The notes beneath the pieces were generated by a model that made no database searches, was not told the origin of the DNA, and was given only the letters and a program-made list of their open reading frames with translations. 52,814 nt of DNA, from positions 1 through 52,814 of the forward strand of contig CBDUBS010000005.1 of assembly GCA_965365445.1 (NCBI GenBank), written 5' to 3'. Positions 1 through 9,145 of this stretch are shown here, piece by piece (position 1 is the first letter of the stretch; the number at the start of each line of letters is the position of its first letter). This DNA is from an uncultured bacterium. GTDB lineage: Bacteria; Bacteroidota; Rhodothermia; Rhodothermales; DASSAV01. Made by a program: the position numbers and the translations under genes.

Positions 1-1640
1 AAAGCATCCGGCAGTTTTACGTCCCCGATGATGTACGGATTGCCGAAGGATAGCAGCACGACCGGTACGTTCCGTTCCGCGAGCCGGTTCAGGAGAAGCC
101 GCTGGGGGTCGGCGAGGTCCATCCGACCCGTGCCGGGGCGGCCGTACACGAAGGCCGATACCAGGACGGCATCCGACCGCCGGGCTGCCTCGACCGCCGC
201 CGCCACGTCTCTCGGCCCTGACCTTCGCCCGATGCGCCGCGTGGAGAGATCGAGGTTGCCGAGAAGCCGGAGGCCGGTATGCAATTCCTCCCCGGCTTCA
301 TCGGACTCCGCAAGGACTACGCTCAGCACGCGCCGCTTCTTCTTCCCGAGCGGCAGCAGAGAGCCGTCGTTTTGCAACAGCGTCAGCGAGGCCCGCGCCA
401 CCGCTTCGCTGACGGCCGTATGCCGGACATCGCCAATGATCCGGGAGACGAACTCCTCCTCGACCCGGCGGTTTTCGTGCAGGCGGAGCCGCTCCTTTTC
501 CTGAAGGATTCGCCGGACCGAAGCCTCGATGCGTGACACGGAGAGGCGTCCCGAACCGATGGCCTCCAGAATGGCTTGATGGGCCTTCGGTACGTTTTCC
601 GACATGAGCAGCACGTCCGCGCCGGCTTCTATCGCCCGCACGGCGATTTCACCCGTCGAGAACCGCCGCGTTACCCCTTCCATGTTCAGCGCATCCGTGA
701 CGATCAGTCCCTCGAACCCGAGGTCGCCCCGGAGCAGATCGTGCGTGATTGTACGGGAGAGCGACGCAGGAACACCTTTCTCCGTTTCCAAGCGGGGCAG
801 GGCCAGGTGCCCCGTCATTACGCTGCGCACCCCGGCCCGGACGGCCGCCCGGAACGGAACGAGTTCTATTTTATCCAGCCGTTCCCGGTCGAAGGGCAGC
901 AGCGGCAGCTCGTCGTGGGAGTCGATTGCCGTATCCCCGTGGCCGGGGAAGTGCTTCACGGTAGCAACGACTCCGCCGTCTTGAAGGCCCCGTATCATGG
1001 CCGTCGTAAGTTCGGCGACGAGATCCGGGTGCTCGCCGAAGGACCGGGTATTGATGACCGGGTTTTCAGCGTTGTTGTTGACGTCGGCAACGGGGGCATA
1101 CACCTGATGAACGCCCATGGCCCGTGCTTCCTGCGCCGTGACCCGGCCCACGGCATAGGCCAGGCCGGGGTTCCGGGTGGCGCCCAACGCCATGGCCCTG
1201 GGAAACGTCGTTGCCCCGCTGACGCGCATTCCGGGGCCCCACTCCATGTCCTGCGAGACGAGCAGGGGAACGGAAGCCCGTTCCTGAAGCCGATTGGCGA
1301 GCCGGGCCTGGGCCTCCGGCTCTCCCTGGAAAAAGACGATTCCACCGACACCCACGTTACGAACCAGCCCGACCAGCCGGTCGTATTCCGCTCCTTGCAT
1401 GCGGTCCGGGCGGCCGAACGCCTCCACCGTAAACAACTGCGCCACTTTTTCCTCCAGCGTGAGATCCCGCAGGGTGCGTTCGGCCCAGGAGTCCGCCGGT
1501 TGAGCGGGTGTGGCAGCGTGCGACGGGGCGGAGCTCGGGGGGGGCGCTATGACGGGTGCAACGCGGCGCGGGCTGCACCCGGCGGCGCTCAGTCCCCAGA
1601 TCAGCACGGGAGCGAGATAAAGAAGGAACTTCACGTACAT
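1..1640 (-). CDS. Glycoside hydrolase family 3 beta-N-acetylhexosaminidase-like lipoprotein (NagZ-like). C-terminal part truncated by the window edge.
   Basis: Minus-strand translation of 910-960 gives VKHFPGHGDTAIDSHDE (GH3 KHFPGHG..D.H motif). The ATG at 1640 yields MYVKFLLYLAPVLIWGLSAAGCS, a signal peptide with a lipobox Cys. The frame stays open to position 1 with no stop, so it is absent from the ORF track. Opposite-strand ORFs 28-504 and 576-1757 are antisense artefacts. Confidence 0.8.
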   Translation of the reverse strand, partial: MYVKFLLYLAPVLIWGLSAAGCSPRRVAPVIAPPPSSAPSHAATPAQPADSWAERTLRDLTLEEKVAQLFTVEAFGRPDRMQGAEYDRLVGLVRNVGVGGIVFFQGEPEAQARLANRLQERASVPLLVSQDMEWGPGMRVSGATTFPRAMALGATRNPGLAYAVGRVTAQEARAMGVHQVYAPVADVNNNAENPVINTRSFGEHPDLVAELTTAMIRGLQDGGVVATVKHFPGHGDTAIDSHDELPLLPFDRERLDKIELVPFRAAVRAGVRSVMTGHLALPRLETEKGVPASLSRTITHDLLRGDLGFEGLIVTDALNMEGVTRRFSTGEIAVRAIEAGADVLLMSENVPKAHQAILEAIGSGRLSVSRIEASVRRILQEKERLRLHENRRVEEEFVSRIIGDVRHTAVSEAVARASLTLLQNDGSLLPLGKKKRRVLSVVLAESDEAGEELHTGLRLLGNLDLSTRRIGRRSGPRDVAAAVEAARRSDAVLVSAFVYGRPGTGRMDLADPQRLLLNRLAERNVPVVLLSFGNPYIIGDVKLPDA

Positions 1641-1817
1641 GATGGTCGGCAAACGAATGGGTATCGAGGGGAGCGTATAGGACGCTGCGTTCGGGAATTG
1701 GTTTGCTCGTACCGGGAAGATCTTGCGCCCGAGCGTTCCGGTGTAAACCCGGCTTGAACGTTGCCAAAATGATCCGGATGTTGGATTTTACGTTCTCCCT
1801 CCAACCGATCGGGTATC

Positions 1818-2249
1818 ATGGGTCGTATAATCGAGACAGGCGAAACGTCCGCCAAGAGGCGTCATGCGCATATGCGTTCGTGCGCCGAGGTCCTCCGGCT
1901 TCTCGCCGAAAGCGGGCGTTTCGGGAATGAAGAAAAAGACATGGCCGCTTTTCTGGTGTTTAACCTTCGCGGTATATACCAGAGTATAGAAGAAAGCGCG
2001 CAGGCCTGGGACGAAAAGAATTACTGGAAAAAGGCCGAGAACCTGCGGCAGACGTGGCGGTGGAGCCGGCTGGCGGCCGACGAACTGGCCGGTTTGATCC
2101 ATGCCGGGCGGTGGGAGGACGCACCTGCCCTGCTGATCGGGTTGATTCCGTACTTTAACGACGTGACCATAACGACGATAACCCGCGATGCCGACTGGTG
2201 GTGCGGCGCTCTCCGCGCCCTGCGGCGCGAAAAACAATCCGCGGCCTGA
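1818..2249 (+). CDS. Hypothetical protein (143 aa). The start may instead be the internal ATG at 1872.
   Basis: Non-repetitive ORF with balanced composition lying between convergent and divergent neighbours. No recognisable motif. Confidence 0.45.
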   Translation: MGRIIETGETSAKRRHAHMRSCAEVLRLLAESGRFGNEEKDMAAFLVFNLRGIYQSIEESAQAWDEKNYWKKAENLRQTWRWSRLAADELAGLIHAGRWEDAPALLIGLIPYFNDVTITTITRDADWWCGALRALRREKQSAA

Positions 2250-2293
2250 GCAGGGCCCGCCGTCCGGAACGAAACCGGCCTCTTTTTTCGCTT

Positions 2294-2854
2294 ATGTCCT
2301 CTTCTTCCGATACGCTCCGTCCCGGTGTGCTGCTCGTCGCTCCGCCGATGCTCCAGGATCCAAACTTCAAGCGATCCGTCGTGTTGTTGTGTGAGCACAG
2401 CGGCGAGGGCAGCTTCGGGTTGATGCTCAACCGCCCGCTCGATCTTCAACTCAAGGATGTGCTGGAGGATATCGCTCCGTTCGAGGATCATCTTTCCCTC
2501 GGAGGGCCTGTCGAGCCCAACACGTTGCACTTTCTCCACCGTTTCGAGGAGGTGCCTCAGGCGATCCGTGTAGCGGACGATATATACTGGGGAGGAGAGT
2601 TCGAGGCCATCAAAGACCTTGCGCGCTCCGGACAGGCTCACGGGGAAAGCCTGCGCTTCTTCCTCGGATACGCCGGGTGGACCACCGGACAGCTCGGCCA
2701 GGAAGTGGAAGCCGGGGGCTGGATTCTGGCCGAAGCCGATTCGAGCCGGGTGTTTCCGGAAGAACCGTTTCGTCTCTGGCGCCTCATACTCAGGAATATG
2801 GGGGGCGAGTATGCCGTGCTGGCGAATTTCCCGGACGATCCGAGGCTGAACTGA
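2294..2854 (+). CDS. YqgE/AlgH family protein (UPF0301, DUF179)
   Basis: Translation MSSSSDTLRPGVLLVAPPMLQDPNFKRSVVLLCEHSGEGSFGLMLNRP...GGPVEPNTLHFLH is the characteristic YqgE/AlgH N-terminus. The ATG at 2294 is in frame within ORF 2198-2854. Confidence 0.8.
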   Translation: MSSSSDTLRPGVLLVAPPMLQDPNFKRSVVLLCEHSGEGSFGLMLNRPLDLQLKDVLEDIAPFEDHLSLGGPVEPNTLHFLHRFEEVPQAIRVADDIYWGGEFEAIKDLARSGQAHGESLRFFLGYAGWTTGQLGQEVEAGGWILAEADSSRVFPEEPFRLWRLILRNMGGEYAVLANFPDDPRLN

Positions 2855-2860
2855 CCGGAG

Positions 2861-3538
2861 CTATCCCTCGTTGGGCCCGGTGCAATGCCTGTAGATGAAC
2901 CGGTATTGGAGCCCCGCGCCGATCAGCACGAGCGCGTGAAACACTTCGTGGCCTTCGATTACGCCCGGCCACAGGACCGGTTTTTCCAGCACGAAGACAA
3001 CGGCCGAAAGCATGAGGACGAACAGGCCCCAGTAAAACGGTTTCAGGCGTTCCAACCCGACCTCCCGGGTAAACGTTACGATTCCTCCAGCCGGAACCCA
3101 TCCGACGGCAGCGTACGTCAGGGCCGACATCCAGAGGCTCATCGGCCACAGCACCATTTTCACTACCAGGGCCGCAAGCGCGGTAACCCACGTGGCGCCC
3201 AGCAGTCTGGATGCCCACGGGCTTGTCAGCGTGCCGTAAACGGCCGAACTCGTCCCGGCGATGACGAAGAAAATGGCCGCGTGGTCGAGCCGTTTCAGCG
3301 GGGCGAGTCGTTCCGGCGGCCAGTCGAACCAGTGGAACAGCACGCTCGCCGAAAACACGAACAGCATCGAAAGGCCGTAGGCTGTCAGTCGGCGCCGGGT
3401 GCGCCTGCTCGCTCCGTTCCGGTGCGCCCGGCGAAGCAGTGCGGCAAGCCCCGCCGCGCTCATCAGAACACCAAGCAGGTGGCTGAACACGCTGAATGGA
3501 TCGCGTATACCCCATACAGACAGGGCATCGAACAACAT
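2861..3538 (-). CDS. Hemolysin III / PAQR family membrane protein
   Basis: 225 aa with multiple hydrophobic helices and HALVLIGAGLQY-type C-terminal motifs typical of the YqfA/hemolysin-III family. Confidence 0.75.
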   Translation of the reverse strand: MLFDALSVWGIRDPFSVFSHLLGVLMSAAGLAALLRRAHRNGASRRTRRRLTAYGLSMLFVFSASVLFHWFDWPPERLAPLKRLDHAAIFFVIAGTSSAVYGTLTSPWASRLLGATWVTALAALVVKMVLWPMSLWMSALTYAAVGWVPAGGIVTFTREVGLERLKPFYWGLFVLMLSAVVFVLEKPVLWPGVIEGHEVFHALVLIGAGLQYRFIYRHCTGPNEG

Positions 3539-3555
3539 GGCTCCAGGCTGATGAT

Positions 3556-4257
3556 TTACAGATCTCCCCGTTGCGGCCGAAGCAACACCTCTTCCACGAC
3601 GCTGCGCTCGCTGAGGCGGTAAACGTTCAGGATGGTTTGCGCGACGTCCTCGGCGGGCATGAAGCGTTCCTCCGGCTGGTCCGAGCCTTCCCAGCTCGGC
3701 GTGAACGTAGCGCCGGGCAGGACGGCCGTGACCCGTATTCCGCTATGCTTTGTTTCTTCGCGCACCGAGCGGGCCAGCCCGAGCAACCCGTGTTTGGCTA
3801 CGTTATACGCTACGCCGCTCGGGTATGCCCGGATGGAAGCCACCGAGCACAGGAAGAAAACGGCCCCGCTCCCGGCTTCGATCATGGGCGGGAGAAAAGC
3901 GCGCGTTACAAGGTAGGCGCTGGTCAGGTTGACCTCGATCTGGTCACGGAACGTTTCGGGTTCCGTTTCGCGCAGCGATCCGGGACGAAATGCCCCGGCA
4001 TTGTTCACCAGTACGTCGGCGGCGCCCCATCGCCGGGCTATCTCGGCGGCGGTTTGCGCAACGGCAGCGGCGTCGGTCACGTCGCAGGGGTATGCGTCCG
4101 CTTCGGCGCCGGCTTCGCGGCAACGGGCGGCGACGGAAGCCAGATTACCGGCGTTACGGGCGAGGAGGGCCAGCCGGGTTTCCGGTTCGGCTGCAAAGGC
4201 CAGAGCCGTTGCGGCCCCGATCCCCTGACTGGCGCCGGTTATGACGATACAGGGCAT
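3556..4257 (-). CDS. SDR-family short-chain dehydrogenase. Possible sepiapterin-reductase-like partner of the adjacent PTPS/FolE genes.
   Basis: TGASQGIGAATA Rossmann motif, NNAG and YNVAKHG catalytic Y-x3-K. The stop lies 11 nt downstream of the folE start on the same strand. Confidence 0.85.
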   Translation of the reverse strand: MPCIVITGASQGIGAATALAFAAEPETRLALLARNAGNLASVAARCREAGAEADAYPCDVTDAAAVAQTAAEIARRWGAADVLVNNAGAFRPGSLRETEPETFRDQIEVNLTSAYLVTRAFLPPMIEAGSGAVFFLCSVASIRAYPSGVAYNVAKHGLLGLARSVREETKHSGIRVTAVLPGATFTPSWEGSDQPEERFMPAEDVAQTILNVYRLSERSVVEEVLLRPQRGDL

Positions 4258-4267
4258 GGTCGTGATG

Positions 4268-4936
4268 TCAAATGCGCTGGATGAGGCGCATGAACTCGGA
4301 GCGGGTGCTGGTCGAGTTCAGGAATGCGCCGCTCATTGCGCTCGTCGTCGTAACGGAATGCTGCTTCTCGGCCCCCCGCATCATCATGCACAGGTGTTGC
4401 GCCTCGATGACTACCCCTACCCCTTCCGGCTTCAGAACCCGGTCTATGGCATCCCGTATCTGTATCGTCAGCCGCTCCTGTACCTGCAGCCGCCGTGCAA
4501 ACACATCCACCACGCGCGGGATCTTGCTCAATCCCACGATTCGGCCTTTCGGGATGTAGGCTACGTGCACCTTTCCGAAAAACGGCAACATATGGTGCTC
4601 ACACAGCGAGTACAGTTCGATGTCCTTGACCAGAATCATTTCGCTGTAGTCCTCATGGAAAACGGCAGAGCCCAGAATGGCGTCCGGATCCTGCGTGTAC
4701 CCGTGCGTGAGGAACTGGTAGGCTTTTGCAACCCGCTCCGGGGTTTTCAGCAATCCTTCCCGGTCGGGGTCCTCTCCGATCATGGTCAGGATGTCGCGCA
4801 TACGCCCGGCGATGGCGGCGGTGGCGGCGCCGTCGTACCGGTCCTCCCGTTGATAGAGCAAAGAAGGGCTTTCTTCATACCCATCTGTGAAGGATTCGGG
4901 GGCCGGCTCGATCGGCGTCGGAAAGGGTGGTTTCAT
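4268..4936 (-). CDS. folE: GTP cyclohydrolase I (FolE)
   Basis: Signature [50 protein letters not shown] matches the GCH-I active-site region. Confidence 0.93.
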   Translation of the reverse strand: MKPPFPTPIEPAPESFTDGYEESPSLLYQREDRYDGAATAAIAGRMRDILTMIGEDPDREGLLKTPERVAKAYQFLTHGYTQDPDAILGSAVFHEDYSEMILVKDIELYSLCEHHMLPFFGKVHVAYIPKGRIVGLSKIPRVVDVFARRLQVQERLTIQIRDAIDRVLKPEGVGVVIEAQHLCMMMRGAEKQHSVTTTSAMSGAFLNSTSTRSEFMRLIQRI

Positions 4937-4957
4937 ACACTTCGTCGGATTGAAGGG

Positions 4958-5371
4958 TCATTCTCCCCGGTACTCGGCAACGTTTCGTTCCGTCTCGAAT
5001 AACCGGATCACTTCGAGGCGGCCCGCAGGAAGGTGGTGCTCAAGCTGCTCCCAGAAGGCCACCACCAGATTCTCGCTACTCGGCAATATCCCGCGGAGAA
5101 AGTCCACGTCGAGGTTCAAATTGGCGTGGTCGCATTTCGACAGGATGCGTTCCTCCAGAACGGCCCGCAGCACCCCCAGGTCGATGACGTACCCGGTATC
5201 GGGGTCGGGCTCTCCGGCCACGGTTACTTCCAGGGTGTAGTTGTGGCCGTGCCAGTTCGGACTGTTGCATTTCCCGAAGGTGCGCCGGTTCCACTCGTCC
5301 GATTGCCGGGGGTTGTGCAGGCGATGCGCGGCGTTGAAATGCACCTTGCGGGTGACGCGGACGAGCGGCAT
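4958..5371 (-). CDS. 6-pyruvoyl-tetrahydropterin synthase family protein (PTPS/QueD family, eukaryote-like PTPS signature)
   Basis: KVHFNAAHRL...GKCNSPNWHGHNY...DHANLNLD...VYETERN motif set. The CN-PN-HGHNY zinc/catalytic signature closely resembles animal PTPS. 137 aa. Confidence 0.88.
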   Translation of the reverse strand: MPLVRVTRKVHFNAAHRLHNPRQSDEWNRRTFGKCNSPNWHGHNYTLEVTVAGEPDPDTGYVIDLGVLRAVLEERILSKCDHANLNLDVDFLRGILPSSENLVVAFWEQLEHHLPAGRLEVIRLFETERNVAEYRGE

Positions 5372-5543
5372 ACGGATGAACGCGGTCGGGTGAAAAAGGC
5401 GATGTCCCGTTAACGATTCCGCTCTTTCGCCGTTCCGGCTTCCTCGTTTTCAGGAAGGGGAACGAGCCCTCAGCCCTCATTTACCGGGGGTTTTACCCTA
5501 TATTCTACCTGTACCTACCCCTTTGCCATACCCCAGGTTGCTC

Positions 5544-5888
5544 ATGAGGCAAAAATCTCTTTTCGAGCGCATCGCGGATCGCGAAATTCCGGCGGATTTC
5601 GTTTACGAGGATTCCCGATGCTTTGCCATCCGCGACATCAATCCCCAGGCGCCCACCCACATCCTCATCATTCCCCGGAAGCGGATCACCGGCCTGGACG
5701 TCATTGAAGAAGGGGACGCCGCCCTGATCGGGCAGTTGTTCGTAGTGGCGCGCCGGCTGGCCGCCGATGAAGGTCTGCGCAACGGCTACCGGACCGTTTT
5801 CAACAACGGGCCGGATGCCGGGCAGTCCGTGGATCATCTGCACCTTCACCTGCTCGGCGGACGCCCGCTCGCCTGGCCTCCCGGCTGA
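5544..5888 (+). CDS. HIT-family (histidine triad) nucleotide hydrolase
   Basis: The C-terminal HLHLHLLGG histidine-triad motif and the ~115 aa size are typical. The ATG at 5544 is in frame within the TTG-started ORF 5523-5888. Confidence 0.85.
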   Translation: MRQKSLFERIADREIPADFVYEDSRCFAIRDINPQAPTHILIIPRKRITGLDVIEEGDAALIGQLFVVARRLAADEGLRNGYRTVFNNGPDAGQSVDHLHLHLLGGRPLAWPPG

Positions 5889-5909
5889 TCCGGGCCGCCC
5901 TTCTATGCG

Positions 5910-7913
5910 ATGGCCTCCCCCCTGAAGGTTTGCCAAGGAGCCGCGTTCTGCCTGGCCTGGCTCAGTTGCATCGTCGTGTCGGCCGGCGCGCAGCCGACCC
6001 GGCACGTCGAAACGGGTTTCGAACGGGATGTCAATCGCTACGCCTGGGGAGCCGGGATCGTTCTGGACGAACGGTTGGGGCCGTATACGCTCTTTCTGCA
6101 AGACCGCTTTACCTCCGACGCTTACATCCTGTTCTCGGATCGCCTCAGCTTTCGCGACGAGAACCAGCTGGCCTGGCGGATCAGCAGGCCCTTCGGTAGC
6201 CGTCTGACGGCCGGATTGTTCGGTCATTCGGCCTGGTTCAGCCAGAGTTCCGTGTTCAGTCAGGAGATATACGCCGCCCTGCGCGTGCAACCGCTCGTAT
6301 ATGCTTCATTCGAGCCGCTGCTCGGCGTGGCGTGGGATCGAAGGCAGGGCGTTGCCCTCACCGAGGGCCGCATTCCGCTGCGGACCGATGCAGGCCCGGC
6401 CTACGGGTGGCGCATGAGCCTCGTTCCGCCCCCGCTCGACGGTTACCAGGTGTACCTTCGCGCCGATGGGACGTGGCAGGCCATCAACCCGCGCCGGGGG
6501 CGTTCCATGCACCTCAGCGCCGGGGCGGAACGGATGTTCGAGCAGACCCGTGTAAGCTTGCAGGTATCCCTGGCCGGCGTTCGCCGGGACGCTTATCAGG
6601 CCGTCTCGTTCCTCAACCGGGACGTGCCCACAGATCGTTTGTCCGAAACCGTGGAAGCGACCGTCAGCGATACGCTCGAAGCGGCGGCTACGCTCGAAAC
6701 GCCCATTTACGGCAACCTGCGCCTGACCGGGCGGATGGATCTCGGGTTGAACAACCGCCGAATCCAGACCCTACGGGCTCCGGAGTCCTCGCTGTTTTTT
6801 GATACCCGGTTCAGCCGCAGCTCCGTCGATGCAGAGCTGGCGCTGCTCTACGAAGTCCGCCGCCTCATGATTCGTATGGCCGTGCAGAACGGCGCCGAAA
6901 TCGAGCGTCGGGAGTTGACCAATACCGACGACCTTCCGGCTGCACAGGCCGCCCAGAAAACCGGCATTCTCCGACAGGCCGATTACGACCGGGGCCATCT
7001 GACCCTGCTAACCAACGTGCGCGCTTCCTTATCCGACCGCCTCGCCCTGTCTCTCCAGGGCGCATCGAGCATTCTGCGACACGACACGCCTCAGGCCAAC
7101 CTCGACGACCGCGACGAAGTATACCATCAGGGTGAAGCCGGCATTCAGGTTACACTCAGTCGCTACCTCCAGGCAGACGTCCGGGCGTTCGGCACGTACT
7201 CCCATACCGTCTATCTCGACGGGGCCCGCTCGGCCGAAAACGCCGTACAACGGTCGATTCGGCTGCGGCCCGGCCTGACGTGGTCGCCCGGATCGGCCAC
7301 GCGGGTGCGGCTTTCCCCGGAAGTCCGCGCCACCTATACCGTCGACGACTTCGTGCTGCCCGGCAGGCAGTCCACCGACCAGTCGGCCCGCGAGTTGCGT
7401 TACGATGGAGAAGTGGAGCACGACTTCGGGTCAAACGTTCGGGTGCGTGCACAGGGCAGTTACAGTACGCTTTTCCTGGGGCGCCTGCTCTGGAATGAGT
7501 TTGCGGAGATCCCGTTCGATACGCTCAATACGTACAGCGGATGGCTCCGGCTGCAAACCGGAGAACGTATTGTCGGCGAAATCGGCCTGCGGTTCTTCAT
7601 CCGAAGCGACTTCGACCGCTCGGTTACGGTCCGATACGGGCGCACTTCTCCTGACGGGGCCGACCTGGTATCCAGCATCACCCGAACCGGCCGTGTGCGG
7701 ATCGAGCAGATCGGGCCGACGTGCAGCATCACCTGGCCGACGCGGTTCAGCGCCCTGCTCCGGCTCGACGGCTGGCTCAACATACAGCATATCCGCCGCA
7801 GGCTGTACGGCGATTTGCCGTCCGCTTCCGCCGAAGCCATTCGGGAAGCAGGCCGCCGGGGAACCAGCCAGGTCATACCGAATCTCAGACTGGCCATACG
7901 CTGGAACCTGTAA
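5910..7913 (+). CDS. Uncharacterised secreted/outer-membrane protein (667 aa), predicted beta-rich
   Basis: N-terminal signal peptide (CLAWLSCIVVSAGAQP). Long stretches of alternating polar/hydrophobic residues rich in R/Y/T/S, suggesting a beta-barrel. No known catalytic motif. Confidence 0.6.
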   Translation: MASPLKVCQGAAFCLAWLSCIVVSAGAQPTRHVETGFERDVNRYAWGAGIVLDERLGPYTLFLQDRFTSDAYILFSDRLSFRDENQLAWRISRPFGSRLTAGLFGHSAWFSQSSVFSQEIYAALRVQPLVYASFEPLLGVAWDRRQGVALTEGRIPLRTDAGPAYGWRMSLVPPPLDGYQVYLRADGTWQAINPRRGRSMHLSAGAERMFEQTRVSLQVSLAGVRRDAYQAVSFLNRDVPTDRLSETVEATVSDTLEAAATLETPIYGNLRLTGRMDLGLNNRRIQTLRAPESSLFFDTRFSRSSVDAELALLYEVRRLMIRMAVQNGAEIERRELTNTDDLPAAQAAQKTGILRQADYDRGHLTLLTNVRASLSDRLALSLQGASSILRHDTPQANLDDRDEVYHQGEAGIQVTLSRYLQADVRAFGTYSHTVYLDGARSAENAVQRSIRLRPGLTWSPGSATRVRLSPEVRATYTVDDFVLPGRQSTDQSARELRYDGEVEHDFGSNVRVRAQGSYSTLFLGRLLWNEFAEIPFDTLNTYSGWLRLQTGERIVGEIGLRFFIRSDFDRSVTVRYGRTSPDGADLVSSITRTGRVRIEQIGPTCSITWPTRFSALLRLDGWLNIQHIRRRLYGDLPSASAEAIREAGRRGTSQVIPNLRLAIRWNL

Positions 7914-7929
7914 CGAGCAACCTGCCCCT

Positions 7930-8520
7930 ATGAAAACGCTCGGAGTGACCGGAGGAATCGGCTCGGGAAAAACGGAAGCCTGCCGCATACTGGAAACCCT
8001 GGGAGCGCAGGTTTTCTACGCCGACGACGAGGCGAAAACCATCATACAGAAGCATCCCGAGGTGCGCCGCGACATGATCCTCGCCTTCGGCCCCGATACC
8101 TACGACGCCGAAGGGCGCCTGAACCGCGCCTACGTTGCCTCACGCGTGTTCGGCAGCCCGGAGCGGCTGGCCCTGCTCAACCGGATCGTACATCCGCGTG
8201 TTTATGAGGCTTTCGAGCAGCGGAAGCAGAAAGCGGAGGAAAGCGGGCTGCTCGTCCTGGAGGCGGCCCTGCTGTTCGAAAGCGGGGGAGATGCCTACGT
8301 GGATCAGGTGCTCGTTCTAGAAGCGCCCTCGGAGGTGCGCGTGCAGCGAGTTACGCGGCGGGACCGCACCTCACCCGAAAGCGTGCAGGCCCGGATCGCC
8401 CACCAGTGGCCCCGGGAAGAGCGGCTCCGGAGGGCGGATCATGTGATCTACAACACGGGCTCGCTCTCCGATCTCCGGCGCGAGGTCGAAACGCTGTTTC
8501 GCGAATTGACGTCCGCGTGA
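7930..8520 (+). CDS. coaE: Dephospho-CoA kinase (CoaE)
   Basis: MKTLGVTGGIGSGKTEACRILE P-loop and the ~196 aa length are typical of CoaE. The ATG at 7930 is in frame with ORF 7405-8520, whose upstream part overlaps the preceding gene. Confidence 0.9.
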   Translation: MKTLGVTGGIGSGKTEACRILETLGAQVFYADDEAKTIIQKHPEVRRDMILAFGPDTYDAEGRLNRAYVASRVFGSPERLALLNRIVHPRVYEAFEQRKQKAEESGLLVLEAALLFESGGDAYVDQVLVLEAPSEVRVQRVTRRDRTSPESVQARIAHQWPREERLRRADHVIYNTGSLSDLRREVETLFRELTSA

Positions 8521-8525
8521 ACGGT

Positions 8526-8960
8526 TTACGTACCCGAAATCACGATATCGCGCAAGACGTTCGCTTCGGTCTGCACTTCGCTCAGGCGGTACTTGACCAC
8601 GTCGCCGATGCTGATCAGGCCGCGCAGTTTGCCGTCCTCTACCACCGGAAGGTGCCGGATGCGGTATTCCGTCATCCACGTCATAACGTCCTTCACCGAA
8701 TCCCGGGGGGTGCAGACATGGATATGGCGCGACATCAGATCGGCTACTTTCAATCCCAGAATGCGCTCACCTTTTTCCGCGAGGCCCCGGGCCACATCGC
8801 GCTCGGAAATGATGCCGACGGCCTCGGCCTTTTCGTCCAGCACGACGAGCGCCCCGATGTGGTTCGTGTGCAACATGGAAATCGCTTCGGAAACGGGCGC
8901 CTTCGACGTGATGGAGAACACCGCGCTTCCCTTGGACCGGAGGATGTCGGCTACAGGCAT
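8526..8960 (-). CDS. CBS domain-containing protein
   Basis: 144 aa with two CBS-like repeats (HIGALVVLDEK...GIISERDV and HLPVVEDGKLRGLISIGDVV). Confidence 0.8.
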   Translation of the reverse strand: MPVADILRSKGSAVFSITSKAPVSEAISMLHTNHIGALVVLDEKAEAVGIISERDVARGLAEKGERILGLKVADLMSRHIHVCTPRDSVKDVMTWMTEYRIRHLPVVEDGKLRGLISIGDVVKYRLSEVQTEANVLRDIVISGT

Positions 8961-9083
8961 ACGCTCACGATGAGGTTATGGGAACCTTGCTGAAAAGAAG
9001 TTCCAGTGAACGGCAACGAAACATGAAATGACACTGATAACGGGCAGTTCCCGCTATGTGAACATTATTTAGGCGGCCGTAAT

Positions 9084-9114
9084 GGTGGGCCGTAAAAAAG
9101 GGGCATCGCCATTG
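9084..9114 (-). terminator. Rho-independent terminator downstream of the LysM transglycosylase gene
   Basis: Inverted repeat GGGGCATCGC/GCGATGCCCC (9090-9113) with an A6 run on the plus strand, giving a U-tract on the minus strand, 30 nt after the stop at 9146. Confidence 0.6.
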
Positions 9115-9145
9115 CGATGCCCCTTATAAAAACCAACCGGTTATA

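Noticed and set aside
576-1757. 393-aa plus-strand ORF (and 28-504, 604-984)
   Set aside because: It is antisense to the GH3 hexosaminidase gene, whose KHFPGHGDT..D.H motif and lipoprotein signal peptide read cleanly on the minus strand. The product is Arg/Pro/Gly-rich, typical of a GC-rich antisense frame.
5372-5522. Possible preQ1 or THF riboswitch upstream of the PTPS-folE operon
   Set aside because: I could not find the conserved preQ1-I loop/tail or THF-box sequence by eye. It would need a covariance-model search, so it is not reported as a feature.
5505-6290. 261-aa minus ORF overlapping HIT and the 5' end of the OMP gene
   Set aside because: It overlaps two plus-strand genes that have a strong motif (HIT) or a signal peptide. 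The product is Gly/Arg/Pro-rich.
7405-7929. Upstream part of ORF 7405-8520 before the coaE ATG
   Set aside because: It overlaps the last 500 nt of the 667-aa secreted protein gene in another frame. The CoaE P-loop starts right at the ATG at 7930.
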